From NCBI GenBank assembly GCA_951406725.2, contig OX597825.1, positions 7,936,001 through 8,000,000 on the forward strand: a stretch of 64,000 nucleotides of DNA. Reading direction: 5' to 3'. Both the position numbers and the translations under genes were made by a program. Under the pieces are notes generated by a model, which searched no databases, was not told the origin of the DNA, and saw only the letters and a program-made list of their open reading frames with translations. Below are positions 12,076 to 28,638 of the stretch, one piece after another. The stretch's first letter is position 1; every line of letters begins with the position of its first letter. Source of the DNA: Octopus vulgaris. Taxonomy: Eukaryota.

Positions 12076-13110
12076 TAAATTATTATTCATTCAGATTTAA
12101 CCGAGAAAGACAATCACAATTTCTTTAAATTACTCAAATAAAACCGAAAATGATGTGTAAAATGAATTTTCCTAAAAATAAAATAAATCTGATATTAAGA
12201 AGTTTCTAATTCTTTCAACAACTCTTAGTATTTAAACTGAATATATCTATATTAAAGGAAGCCTTTTAAATGGACAAACTATTTAAAATCACAATTTCCA
12301 TTTTTTTTTCTAGTTTGTCATCAGAATTTTGACTGTGTTGAATAAGAAATAATTCAAAGCTAAAATTATAGAATTACATTGAAGCTCTACATAAAAGGAT
12401 TAGCAATAATTCCTAGATAATCAATTTGGTTTTGTCTAAAGTTAGTTATGAAAATGTTTATAAATGTAAATTTTCCCGGGGTTCATGTTGAGATGACATC
12501 CAGATTTGAGCGAAGCAGCTGTATTTTGTGTAATATTCTTGTTTCTTTTGTAAGTAAATCGAGTTATTCGACATTTCCTCATTATTAATGGATGCAAACA
12601 TAATAACAAAGTGTGTTAGTGCTGAGTTCCAATGTGTTGCAAATCGCCATCTTGTTTCAGACTACAGAGACCAAGTAGCTTACAATGGTATTAAAAATTA
12701 TGCTCAGGACACGATGATAACCATCAGCCGACTGACTATCCTACGATTTTCAAACGGAAACAATATTCAGAGATGAAGAACATATAAATCAACGATTTCT
12801 ACAACGCATTTACAAAAATATCCATATGTAAAATAATAGTTAAGGCAGAAAGAAAGCAAAACAAAAAGGAGCAAAGTCCGTTCCACGACTTAAAACACTC
12901 CACAGGAAAACATTTTCGCACACGGTTAAATAAATAAGACCAGCAGCAGACTTTAGGCTATAAACTAGGAGCAGAAAACAAATGCGAATAATATTCACAA
13001 ATTTTTGAATATTCAGAGAATATATATGTTTAAGTATCGCTCGCTGAAATCAAATTAAATCTTGAAATATGAGTGCGTTGTTATGTCATATACACATGTA
13101 GGGATGCATG

Positions 13111-13154
<44 letters not shown>

Positions 13155-13257
13155 TATGCATACATGCACGCATGTGTATATATAGGTATGTTTATCTTGA
13201 TATAACAGCGTGCTCAAATTTCAAGATTTAATTTGATTTTAAGCGAACACATAAACC

Positions 13258-13316
<59 letters not shown>

Positions 13317-13334
13317 CTCTCGCTCTCTCTCTTT

Positions 13335-13383
<49 letters not shown>

Positions 13384-14149
13384 GCATGTACACACATATA
13401 GGCATGTATGTATTCATATGTAGAATTACATCATATGCACAAACATACATACGTATGTAGAAGCGCGTGCCATCGTAGAAATGCATCTACACGAACGCCC
13501 ACATATATGAATAAGTGTGTGTGTGTGTATGTGTGTGTATGTGTGTGTGTGTGTTTATTAATAATTTCTAAGAATGTGACCTTATTCGTTTATTGTAGAT
13601 GACACTAGATCCATACATGAACGAATACATCCGAAACATAAAATGAAGCTTGTGTCAACATGACCACGTAAAGGTAAATGTTGAACAAACAAAACTAGAC
13701 AAAACAGAAAGAGATATGAAAATGTCAAGAGAGTGTTTCTCTATTATATAAGGCCCGCTGATCTTCAGCTTTCAAACCCCAAAACAGTAGAGGAATGAAA
13801 CTAGAAAGCAAAACCAGTGGAATACAAAACGTCAATTGGAAAAATACGTGAGAAACTGCAGGATATGTGAAATCTTTTATCCATTTTTTGTGTTTTTCAA
13901 TATATCTAACTTCCGCGTATTTGAATGTGAACTTCGCTTCGCTCGTCCTCTTCCTCCTCCTCCTCCTCCTTTTCTCTTCCATTTTCATTTTTGGAAAATA
14001 GCTTCGTCGTCGATTCTCTCCTTCTCCTTCTCCTTCTCTTTCTCTTTCTCTGTCTCTGCGTCTGACTCTTTCTTTTTCACTCTTTTCTCTCTCTCACTTC
14101 GTCCTTCATTTATTCTTCCTCCTTCTCCACCTAATCATACTAACTTTTA

Positions 14150-14179
14150 CTACTACTGCTGCTGCTGCTGCTACTACTA

Positions 14180-14233
<54 letters not shown>

Positions 14234-14516
14234 ATTAGGCTGCTAGTATGCCACCTCCACCTTCTCCTCCTCCCCCCTCCTCCCCTCCATCGACAACAAC
14301 AACAACTACTACTACTACAACTACTACCACTACTACTACTACATCTGCTACTACAACTACTACTACTACCAGCACCACTACCACCACCACCACCACCACC
14401 ACCACCACCACCCACTACCACCACCACCAATACAACCACTACTACTACTACTGCTACCACCACCACCACCACCACCACCACCATTACTACTACTATTACT
14501 ACTAGTGCTGCTGCTG

Positions 14517-14547
<31 letters not shown>

Positions 14548-14715
14548 CGCTACTGCTACTGCTGCTGCTATTACTACTGCTACCGCTGCTGCTGCTGCTG
14601 CTGGAAATTTTGCGCTACTTTCATCTAAATCTGTTTCCTCTGTTTTTATCATCGTCGTCATCATCATCACCACTACAACCATCTCCACCACCACCACCAC
14701 CACCACCACCACCAA
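14150..14715. repeat. Compound trinucleotide microsatellite (ACT/ACC/GCT)
   Basis: Direct. Confidence 0.95.
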
Positions 14716-15072
14716 ATTCTTTCTCTTACTTTTCCCCTCTTCTCAATGTCCCTAAATCTCTTAATCCACCCCCATCCTTCATAATCTTACTCTCATATGA
14801 TAATATTCAACCTGCACGGTCTTGTTCACACCATTGATATTTCTATTCTCCACTACATTCCCTAGCATTTATCTCACCTTTGACCTCTTAATCCTTCTAC
14901 CCCATTATCGGTTCATGCTTGTACTCTTCAACTTCTAACCCAAAACGTACTCTCTCAGATACAACGTACTCGAAAAGGCCTGGACTTCATCACTTTTTCT
15001 AGTTACTCATGGACGTTTCTATTTCTTATTCTACTTGTACGGCTTCTGCATTTCTACCATTACTCACGCACA

Positions 15073-15111
<39 letters not shown>

Positions 15112-15173
15112 CACATAAGGCACAGCTTAACGGTTTGGTAAAAGAGGTTGACAATATAAAGACGAGATATGAA

Positions 15174-15362
15174 AAGGCTGTGAAGATTTTAGAACATTTA
15201 TAAATAGAAGATGTTACAGCTGTTTCCAGGATATTTATTATATTCCTTCATCGGAGTAAGGATATAATAAATGAAGGGTATCCGATGAAGGAATATAATA
15301 AATATCCTGGAAAAAGCTGTAATACCTTCTATTTATAAATGTTCTAAAATCTTCACAGCCTT
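15174..15362. mobile_element. Short palindromic PLE-derived element (two inverted pLTR ends)
   Basis: ~82-bp inverted arms 15174-15255 and 15281-15362, each containing a hammerhead-like core. Confidence 0.75.
15275..15328 (+). ncRNA. Minimal type I hammerhead ribozyme-like motif (CCGAUGA core)
   Basis: Stem I AGGGTAT/ATACCTT, core CCGATGA, stem II AGGA/TCCT, G-GAAA, stem III (C/A)AGCTG (palindromic CAGCTG in the mirror arm), UA site. Confidence 0.6.
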
Positions 15363-15609
15363 GGTTTTTTATCTCATTCGGAAAAAAAAATTATATACAC
15401 ACGCTGATATATGACCTACGTTGGACTCCTTATTCACATAATCACCGAACTTGGAGGTCATCTATGGTCTATCCGTACAACTTGCTCAGCATTACCCGAC
15501 ACCTTTGGGTCTTACTGACACCATTACCTCTCATAACCACCTATATACATACATATATATGTGAATATATATATATGTATATACATATATACACATATAT
15601 ACATATATA

Positions 15610-15660
<51 letters not shown>

Positions 15661-15703
15661 AAACAAGTCAAAAATAGAAAATGCTAAGATGATTTTATAG
15701 TGA

Positions 15704-15754
15704 ATCTTTCAGTACCGGTTTCGGTCATTTTGAGACCTTTTCAACTGTAACGAT
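15704..15754 (-). ncRNA. Minimal hammerhead ribozyme-like motif, U3:A8 variant
   Basis: Mirror copy of 16851-16901. Confidence 0.7.
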
Positions 15755-16296
15755 TAAATAATTAAATTTAGAAAAATTTAGAAAAATTAGAAGAAAGGTT
15801 TTTTTAAAGGAATACTTCCATAGTAGTGTTCAGATATAGGTGGCATTCTGCCTTTCTCTGACTCCCTTGTTTGCACTTGTGTATTCGAGGTCGTTGTGAG
15901 TTCTTGAGGGGGTGGGAGTGGGAAAATCTGGGCTGGTCAGTGGCGACCGGCAGTCGCTGCGTAGGCGTTATACTTAAAGACATTAGTGACAAGGTTAAGG
16001 GGTAGAAGGTGGAGAAGTAGAAGAAGAAGCAGAAGATGACGGTGCCGATGACGATGACGACGAAGAAGAAGAAGGAGAAGGAGAAGATGAAGATGATGAT
16101 GGTGGTGATGACGATGACGACGATGATGATGATAATGATGATGATGAAGAAGAAGAGGAAGAAGAAGAAAAAAACAGAGAAGGGAGAATATGAATGGGTG
16201 AAGATATAGCTGTGATAGGGCGATTAGTAATGGATTCTATGGAATGTAATATTTGTGTGTGTATATATATTTCTTTTATTCTTAAGTTGAGGTATA

Positions 16297-16757
16297 TTAA
16301 TTGTTTGTCGTAGACCCGTTAAGAAGTGGCCTGTATTTTATAATAAAGAGATTTTCTTTACTTATTCGTTGTCTCGAGGTTGTATCGTCCCTAAATTGGT
16401 AGAGGGGGAAATTCTGAAGTTTGGAGTTTTTTTGTTGGCGCAAGTATCTATGTGTTGGCTAAAAGCTATTTTTCTGTTTTGGGGAATTTTTATCTGGGAT
16501 CTGTGCAGGGCCATTCGTTTACGCAAACCATTTTTTGTTTGGCCTATGTACTGCTCTTGACACCCGGAGCAGGTTAGTGAGTATATTAGGTTCTCCGAAG
16601 CACATGTGAAGTTGCTTTTCACTGTAAACCGTTGTCCCTGTTTGAAGGAGAACTCAGAACCCTCGATTAGATAGTCGCATATCCAGCAATTGGGTCTTCC
16701 ACATTTTTTTACTGTCGGCTTCTGTGTTGAAGAGTGAATTCGGGCTTGTGTTAGGAG
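16297..16757 (-). pseudogene. PLE C-terminal zinc finger plus GIY-YIG endonuclease fragment (one frameshift near homopolymer runs)
   Basis: KKCGRPNCWIC...FTCASENLIYSLTCSGCQEQYIGQT...LRKRMALH...FSQH...KENLFIIKYRPLLN; typical Neptune-clade layout. Confidence 0.9.
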
Positions 16758-16850
16758 AATGCCACCTATATCTGAACACTACTATGGAAGTATTCCTTTA
16801 AAAACACCTTTCTTCTAATTTTTCTAAATTTTTCTAAATTTAATTATTTA

Positions 16851-16901
16851 ATCGTTACAGTTGAAAAGGTCTCAAAATGACCGAAACCGGTACTGAAAGA
16901 T
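16851..16901 (+). ncRNA. Minimal hammerhead ribozyme-like motif, U3:A8 variant
   Basis: CAG-TTGAAAA-GGTC-tcaaaat-GACC-GAAA-CCGG-TA-CTG: stems I and II pair, stem III is palindromic (ACCGGT), core UUGAAAA keeps the 3-8 pair. Confidence 0.7.
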
Positions 16902-16982
16902 TCACTATAAAATCATCTTAGCATTTTCTATTTTTGACTTGTTTTTTCATATATATCAACTCGTGTGTTCCTTTCCACCCTT

Positions 16983-17053
<71 letters not shown>

Positions 17054-17168
17054 ATGTGAATATATATATATGTATATACATATATGCACATATACACATA
17101 TATATATAAATAATTATATATATATATATATATATATCTATACAATATGTTACATTACTCGGTAGTCA

Positions 17169-17231
17169 AGATAAAACTCTGAGTTTCAGATGCCGAAGTG
17201 GAAATCCACAACACCATCTCTTCGGTTATCT
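17169..17231 (-). ncRNA. Hammerhead ribozyme-like motif (CCGAAGA core) in PLE 3' end
   Basis: Mirror of 19593-19655. Confidence 0.7.
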
Positions 17232-17426
17232 GGCTATTTGAAAACGTTATGAAAAAATACCGTTAAAAATGAAGGGAAATTACTCTGTTATAACTCTGCT
17301 TTGCCTGCGTACTTATACATCGCTCGCATTTTTCGTCATAAAAATTATATAAAAATACATAAAAAATATATAAAAATATATAAAAATATATAAAATCTTC
17401 TTGGGACATAACACAGAAAGCATGTT

Positions 17427-18419
17427 CTATCCGTTTTCTTTAGGGGACCAAAAACGTAACAGAAATTTAGTCACATGTGGGCATGATCCGAAAAGTTCTG
17501 TCCTTGTATTTAGACATGTGGTAGGGTCTAAGCTGCTTTTCCAGATAAGCCATCTCTCCATGTCGCATAAACCGCACCTTCCGCTGCCGTTAGTATAGGG
17601 CTTACATCTGGCCAAAATCTTCCATTGTATGTTATAATCGACACCTTTATCTCTTAAAGACCAAATATGATTGGATAATTGTGTCGCTTTTCTTTGTTCC
17701 AGTGCCTAAAGCTCAAAGTGTGGTTATTGAACCTGGTCTTGAAATTACCCTCTGTCAGGCCCACGTATTTCTTCGTCAAAACGGTGTCTTTAGTGGTTAT
17801 AGAGTTTACGGTAGCCTCATATATGATGGTCTTGGACATGCAAGCTCCATTTAGCGGGCACAATTCTTTATTCCTGCATGAACAGCTGTTTTCTTCTTGT
17901 GTTTTTTGTATGTTATGATTGATTATGTTTTTAAAATTGGTAGTTGAACTAAAACTAATTTTTAAATTGTGTCTATTGAAGAGTTTCCTATAAGCATGGT
18001 TAACTGGAAAATGTCTATCTATCAGTGCTAGGAAATATTTACCTATATTGAAGGCCACCTCGGGTGAGTAAGGGGGCGTAAACCAGATGACCTTCCTATT
18101 TCTATTATTCCTTTTCCTTATTGTTGGGCTGGTGATAGGTGTATATTTTATTTTTTCGCTAAAACCACTATCTTTTAAAGCTTTATTATAAACTGGGGCA
18201 ACGCTATTGAAGATGTCCTCATTAGATGAGAGGCTAGAAATCCTCTTACTAATATTTTTAACTAAATTTTTGAATACTATAGGGGGATGGCATGAACCTA
18301 CATTAATATAACTTAGTCTATCATTGGGCTTCCTATAAGGCTTATAAATATTATTATTAAGATCTAAGGAAACGTCTAAGAAATTGACAACCGTCAGGTT
18401 AGTGTCTATAGTTATACTA
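17427..18419 (-). pseudogene. PLE RT C-terminus/thumb, CxCx5Cx5C finger and GIY-YIG endonuclease (left copy)
   Basis: SITIDTNLTVVNFLDV..YRKP..CHPP..VIWFTPPY..CSCRNKELCPLNGAC..IIYEA..YVGLT..FKTRFNNH; 1-bp homopolymer frameshift near 17695. Confidence 0.9.
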
Positions 18420-18420
18420 A

Positions 18421-19397
18421 GACACTAACCTGACGGTTGTCAATTTCTTAGACGTTTCCTTAGATCTTAATAATAATATTTATAAGCCTTATAGGAAGCC
18501 CAATGATAGACTAAGTTATATTAATGTAGGTTCATGCCATCCCCCTATAGTATTCAAAAATTTAGTTAAAAATATTAGTAAGAGGATTTCTAGCCTCTCA
18601 TCTAATGAGGACATCTTCAATAGCGTTGCCCAGTTTATAATAAAGCTTTAAAAGATAGTGGTTTTAGCGAAAAATAAAATATACACCTATCACCAGCAAC
18701 AATAAGGAAAAGGAATAATAGAAATAGGAAGGTCATCTGGTTTACGCCCCCTTACTCACCCGAGGTGGCCTTCAATATAGGTAAATATTTCCTAGCACTG
18801 ATAGATAGACATTTTCCAGTTAACCATGCTTATAGGAAACTCTTCAATAGACACAATTTAAAAATTAGTTTTAGTTCAACTACCAATTTTAAAAACATAA
18901 TCAATCATAACATACAAAAAACACAAGAAGAAAACAGCTGTTCATGCAGGAATAAAGAATTGTGCCCGCTAAATGGAGCTTGCATGTCCAAGACCATCAT
19001 ATATGAGGCTACCGTAAACTCTATAACCACTAAAGACACCGTTTTGACGAAGAAATACGTGGGCCTGACAGAGGGTAATTTCAAGACCAGGTTCAATAAC
19101 CACACTTTGAGCTTTAGGCACTGGAACAAAAGAAAAGCGACACAATTATCCAATCATATTTGGTCTTTAAGAGATAAAGGTGTCGATTATAACATACAAT
19201 GGAAGATTTTGGCCAGATGTAAGCCCTATACTAACGGCAGCGGAAGGTGCAGTTTATGCGACATGGAGAGATGGCTTATCTGGAAAAGCAGCTTAGACCC
19301 TACCACATGTCTAAATACAAGGACAGAACTTTTCGGATCATGCCCACATGTGACTAAATTTCTGTTACGTTTTTGGTCCCCTAAAGAAAACGGATAG
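18421..19397 (+). pseudogene. PLE RT C-terminus/thumb, CxCx5Cx5C finger and GIY-YIG endonuclease (right copy)
   Basis: Same protein; intact frame 18765-19397 ending CSLC..E..CLNTRTELFGSCPH; small indels at 18630-18700. Confidence 0.92.
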
Positions 19398-19592
19398 AAC
19401 ATGCTTTCTGTGTTATGTCCCAAGAAGATTTTATATATTTTTATATATTTTTATATATTTTTTATGTATTTTTATATAATTTTTATGACGAAAAATGCGA
19501 GCGATGTATAAGTACGCAGGCAAAGCAGAGTTATAACAGAGTAATTTCCCTTCATTTTTAACGGTATTTTTTCATAACGTTTTCAAATAGCC

Positions 19593-19655
19593 AGATAACC
19601 GAAGAGATGGTGTTGTGGATTTCCACTTCGGCATCTGAAACTCAGAGTTTTATCT
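19593..19655 (+). ncRNA. Hammerhead ribozyme-like motif (CCGAAGA core) in PLE 3' end
   Basis: Stem I AGATAA/TTATCT, core CCGAAGA, stem II GATG/CATC, T-GAAA, stem III ACTC-A-GAGT, GUU cleavage triplet. Confidence 0.72.
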
Positions 19656-19751
19656 TGACTACCGAGTAATGTAACATATTGTATAGATAAATTTCCTCTA
19701 TTTACATAATATTGAGGTCTCTTTCTTTCTTTTGTTATCTTACCGTTTTAT

Positions 19752-19788
<37 letters not shown>

Positions 19789-19798
19789 TATATTATGA

Positions 19799-19914
<116 letters not shown>

Positions 19915-20209
19915 TATATATATACATACATACATGCATACGTATACGTATATAAGTATATATCTACATCTGTTGATTACCCTTCTACTGCCGATTTGCA
20001 ACCACGTCACATAGCGTTCCTCCCCTATTTCTTATCTGCTAAAACACACCAGAATCATTCTTACCTTTATCTCGCATCTATCATCGTCAGAGACTTTTTG
20101 TCTGTCTCTTTTCTTAACATGTGAAACTTCCTTTCATTTCCTATTGTTCTTTTTGAAGTTGATGTTTTTGTAACTGATGTGATTGTTACTCATGCTAATG
20201 TTGTCATTC

Positions 20210-25400
<5,191 letters not shown>

Positions 25401-25704
25401 CTACTGTTTTAGCTGTGTGAGGAAAATAGCGATAAGTGAATGAGATAAATCTCGATTCATGAAGTGTAACGACGAGAAAATTAGCGACCGAAACGGATCA
25501 AATGTAGCTGCATTAACAACAAGAAGAAGACGAAGACGAAGAATATGTTCAGCTGCTGGAACATTAGCAATAGTGTACACTATTTGGAATCAATGTTAGC
25601 AATAAAGAACCACAGAAATAGCGGTAACCACAATAATATTTGTAGCAGTAGTAGTAGTAGTAGTAGTAGTAGCAGTAGCATTAACTGTCTGACAATAGTC
25701 TTAC

Positions 25705-25736
25705 CTTTATGATGCTGTCAGACGGAAGACCATTGC
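25705..25736 (-). other. Candidate 32-nt microexon
   Basis: Minus strand: CTTTCGTTGACAG|GCAATGGTCTTCCGTCTGACAGCATCATAAAG|GTAAGA; only one open frame (xNGLPSDSIIK). Confidence 0.35.
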
Positions 25737-25922
25737 CTGTCAACGAAAGTATAATATTAGAGTAGAATGCATTTTGAAAATGGCGTAATTGTACGTAAAT
25801 TAGTTTCGAGCGTAAATAAGCCAGACGAAATATGATATTTTATCTAGTATTAACCCTACATTCGTGTCTAGGGTACTGTTTGTGCTTTTATATAAGGATG
25901 TGTTCACTAATATTTCGTCCTG

Positions 25923-26462
25923 TTAAGGCGGCGAGCTGGCAGAATCGTTAGCACGCCGGGCGAAACGCTTAGCGGTATTTCGTCTGCCGTTACGTTCTGA
26001 GTTCAAATTCCGCCGAGGTCGAATTTTCCTTTCATCCTTTCGGGGTCGATTAAATAAGTACAGTTACGCACTGGGATCGATATGATCGACTTAATCCGTT
26101 TGTGTTTCCTTGTTGGTCCCCTCTATGTTTATCCCCTTGTGGGCAGTAAAGAAATATATATATATATATATATATATACTCTTTTACTCTTCTACTTGCT
26201 TCAGACATTTGACTTTGGCCATGCAGGAGCACCGCCTTTTAGTCGAGCAAATCGACCCCAGGAATTATTCTTTGTAATCCTAGTACATATTCTAGGTATT
26301 TCGTCTGCCGTTACGTTCTGAGTTCAAATTCCGCCGAGGTCGACTTTACCTTTTATCCTTTCGGAGTTATTGACAAGTTAAGTACATGTTGCATACTGGG
26401 GTCGATGTAATCAACTGGCCCCCTCCCCAAAGATTTCGGGCCTTATGCCTGGAGTAGAAAAG
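25923..26462 (+). mobile_element. Dimeric SINE family B interrupted by an inverted family A tail; single 14-bp TSD
   Basis: B monomer 25925-26155, A tail (minus) ~26177-26290, second B monomer 26295-26462; TSD AATATTTCGTCCTG at 25909-25922 and 26463-26476. Confidence 0.85.
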
Positions 26463-27437
26463 AATATTTCGTCCTGGTGCGGCGAGACTATTCTTCACTG
26501 CTGCCGCTAAAAGCATACATAACAACATCCAGATTTCTCTGCTCTACTTCTCAGAAAGCAAGAAATAATTAATGATCAATAAAGATAATTCTGATCTCGG
26601 AATGTTTTATTCTATTTTAAATTGTGATGTTCAATACATTAAATATACTCGCACCCTCTTTCACCTGAAATGTAGTCTGGCATATTCTAACACTAACATC
26701 TTCACCTGGATGTAGATTATTTGACGCTAATTAACTACAGAGCAAAATTGAAAAAAAATTCTTAGTTCTTTTCTTTACATTATTTTTATAGTGTGTGAGT
26801 TTAATGTTGAAGGTTAAAGTATTTAACTTAATTATCTATTACGATATTGGCTGGGATATATTGCTTCTTTTATCAATAAGCAATTATTTAGTTGAGTAAA
26901 TAGCATACCTCTCCGCATTGTATTACATAACCCTACAACACCCGAAACGAAATATGGAAAGCCATTCATTATGTCTTATTACCAATCTACACTTTCACTA
27001 TACACTGTATTGTGCTTTACGCTAAAGTGATCATCTTCAAGAAGTATTCTATATGCCCGTCTACAACATCCAAATCTTAAAACAAAAACAAAAACAAAAA
27101 CAAAAACAGAGCTGAAGAAAACACACCCCAGCTTCTCCAAATGGGTTGCTTATTAATTCAGTTCTATATTTAAGAGATGGGGAATTATGTACATTATTTC
27201 TTCCGATTTTACGTTCGGATTTCAAATGCAACCAAAGTCTAACATGCCTTTTATTCTTTCTGTGTCGATAAAATAGGAACCAGTTTTGTACGGGTTCAAT
27301 GTTACAGGGTAGCCACCTCCCCTTAAAATTACTGCTCCTTGAGCAAAATTAGAAAAAAGAAATATTAGACAATGATTTGTGAGCATTATTTACATTATTT
27401 ACATTTAATCGGATATTTGTCCCCGCCTTTTTTTTTT

Positions 27438-27483
27438 AACACAACGTTTCGACTGATATACCCTCCAGCCTTCATCAGGTGTC
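27438..27483 (-). ncRNA. Minimal type I hammerhead ribozyme, canonical core
   Basis: GACAC-CTGATGA-A-GGCTG-gagggtatat-CAGTC-GAAA-CG-TT-GTGTT; stems I and II pair and stem III is the palindrome ACGT. Confidence 0.85.
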
Positions 27484-27558
27484 TTGGGGAAATTTCGACC
27501 CTGGATTCTCATTCCTGAGGTATTCTCCGATGAAAATCCAGGTTCGAAATTTCCCCAA

Positions 27559-27604
27559 GACACCTGATGAAGGCTGGAGGGTATATCAGTCGAAACGTTA
27601 TGTT
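27559..27604 (+). ncRNA. Minimal type I hammerhead ribozyme, canonical core (one stem I mismatch)
   Basis: Same as the mirror copy but GTGTT>ATGTT. Confidence 0.78.
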
Positions 27605-27927
27605 AACAACAAACAAGATGAGGACAAATATCCGTCGAATGTAAATAATGTAAGTAATGTAAATAATGTGCTTATTAATTGGTCAATAAATGTTTTCCTG
27701 AAGCGAACCAATAACTCAACCAACGCAAATTACATGGAAAGACAAAATTAAAAAGAAACTGCAATACATATGCGTGTACGGGTGTAAGTAATGCAAAAGA
27801 ATAAGGATTTGCATTCCGGGTAGATACCTTATTGGCACCGTGATATAGTCAAGACGGGGGTAACCTCATCGCATGATAGAAAACATACAGAAGTGTTGAA
27901 GATAAACAAATATGCGTGTATGCGTTT

Positions 27928-27928
<1 letters not shown>

Positions 27929-27989
<61 letters not shown>

Positions 27990-28058
27990 AGAGAGAGAAA
28001 GAGAGAGAGAGAGAAAGAGAGAGAGATAAGGAGAGAGAGAGAGACAATGAGAGAGAGG

Positions 28059-28090
<32 letters not shown>
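27929..28090. repeat. (AG)n microsatellite
   Basis: Direct. Confidence 0.95.
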
Positions 28091-28092
<2 letters not shown>

Positions 28093-28638
28093 GTTTGTCT
28101 ATTCTATAGATCTGTAACAATAACAACATCAAAAGCGGCATATTGGCAATGGATCCGACTCCATGTGGTACCAGACGAAAGAATTAAACTGCATTATTAT
28201 GCAAATACAACGGAAGCGTGAAGAACACTGTTTACATTGGCTTGCATCTAATCCAGACCAATATTGGAAGAAGTCCAAACATTTTGTATGGAAACTTCGA
28301 AGATTAGTTTCTAAGCATAATTAAAGTTATTTGGCCCATTAACCTCATCCTTTGTTTTTATTTACACGGAAGCTCGATCGATTCGCTTCCCGATTCATTT
28401 GAAATCCGCTTCTTTTAATATCCATTGGTCATCAAGTGTCTTGTTCCAGAAATATCTATACAGTTTCCAACGTTCGATACATTTAAAACTCGGTCCTGGG
28501 TTGTTTGTGTGCACTGAATGAACTTCAAAACATCAGTGAATGAAACAGTAAAGAGAGAAGATACTGCAACACGAACAAGAAGAATCAGAACAGTTGGTAA
28601 CTTGATGCGAACTAGGAATATTATTAGACTACTACTTA

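Larger units (their letters stand above)
15657..16948 (-). mobile_element. Neptune-type Penelope-like element, 5'-truncated, with inverted pLTR
   Basis: 193-bp terminal inverted repeats 15657-15849 and 16756-16948, internal GIY-YIG ORF fragment, both ends in (TA)n. Confidence 0.9.
17135..19753. mobile_element. Naiad-type Penelope-like element as a ~1.27-kb-arm head-to-head palindrome
   Basis: Arms 17135-18407 and 18420-19689 are near-identical reverse complements with a 12-bp spacer; the right copy has ~65 extra 3' nt; flanked by (TA)n. Confidence 0.93.
27384..27669. mobile_element. Short palindromic PLE-derived element with two hammerheads
   Basis: Inverted arms ~27384-27512 and ~27529-27669 ending in (TGTAAATAA)n-like tails. 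Confidence 0.85.

Noticed and set aside
18765-19397. Selenocysteine recoding as reported for some Naiad PLEs
   Set aside because: All conserved Cys positions in this fragment use TGT/TGC; there is no in-frame TGA.
28110-28325. Open frame of ~70 codons after a possible acceptor
   Set aside because: The long frame is blocked by a stop right after the acceptor and has no recognisable homology.
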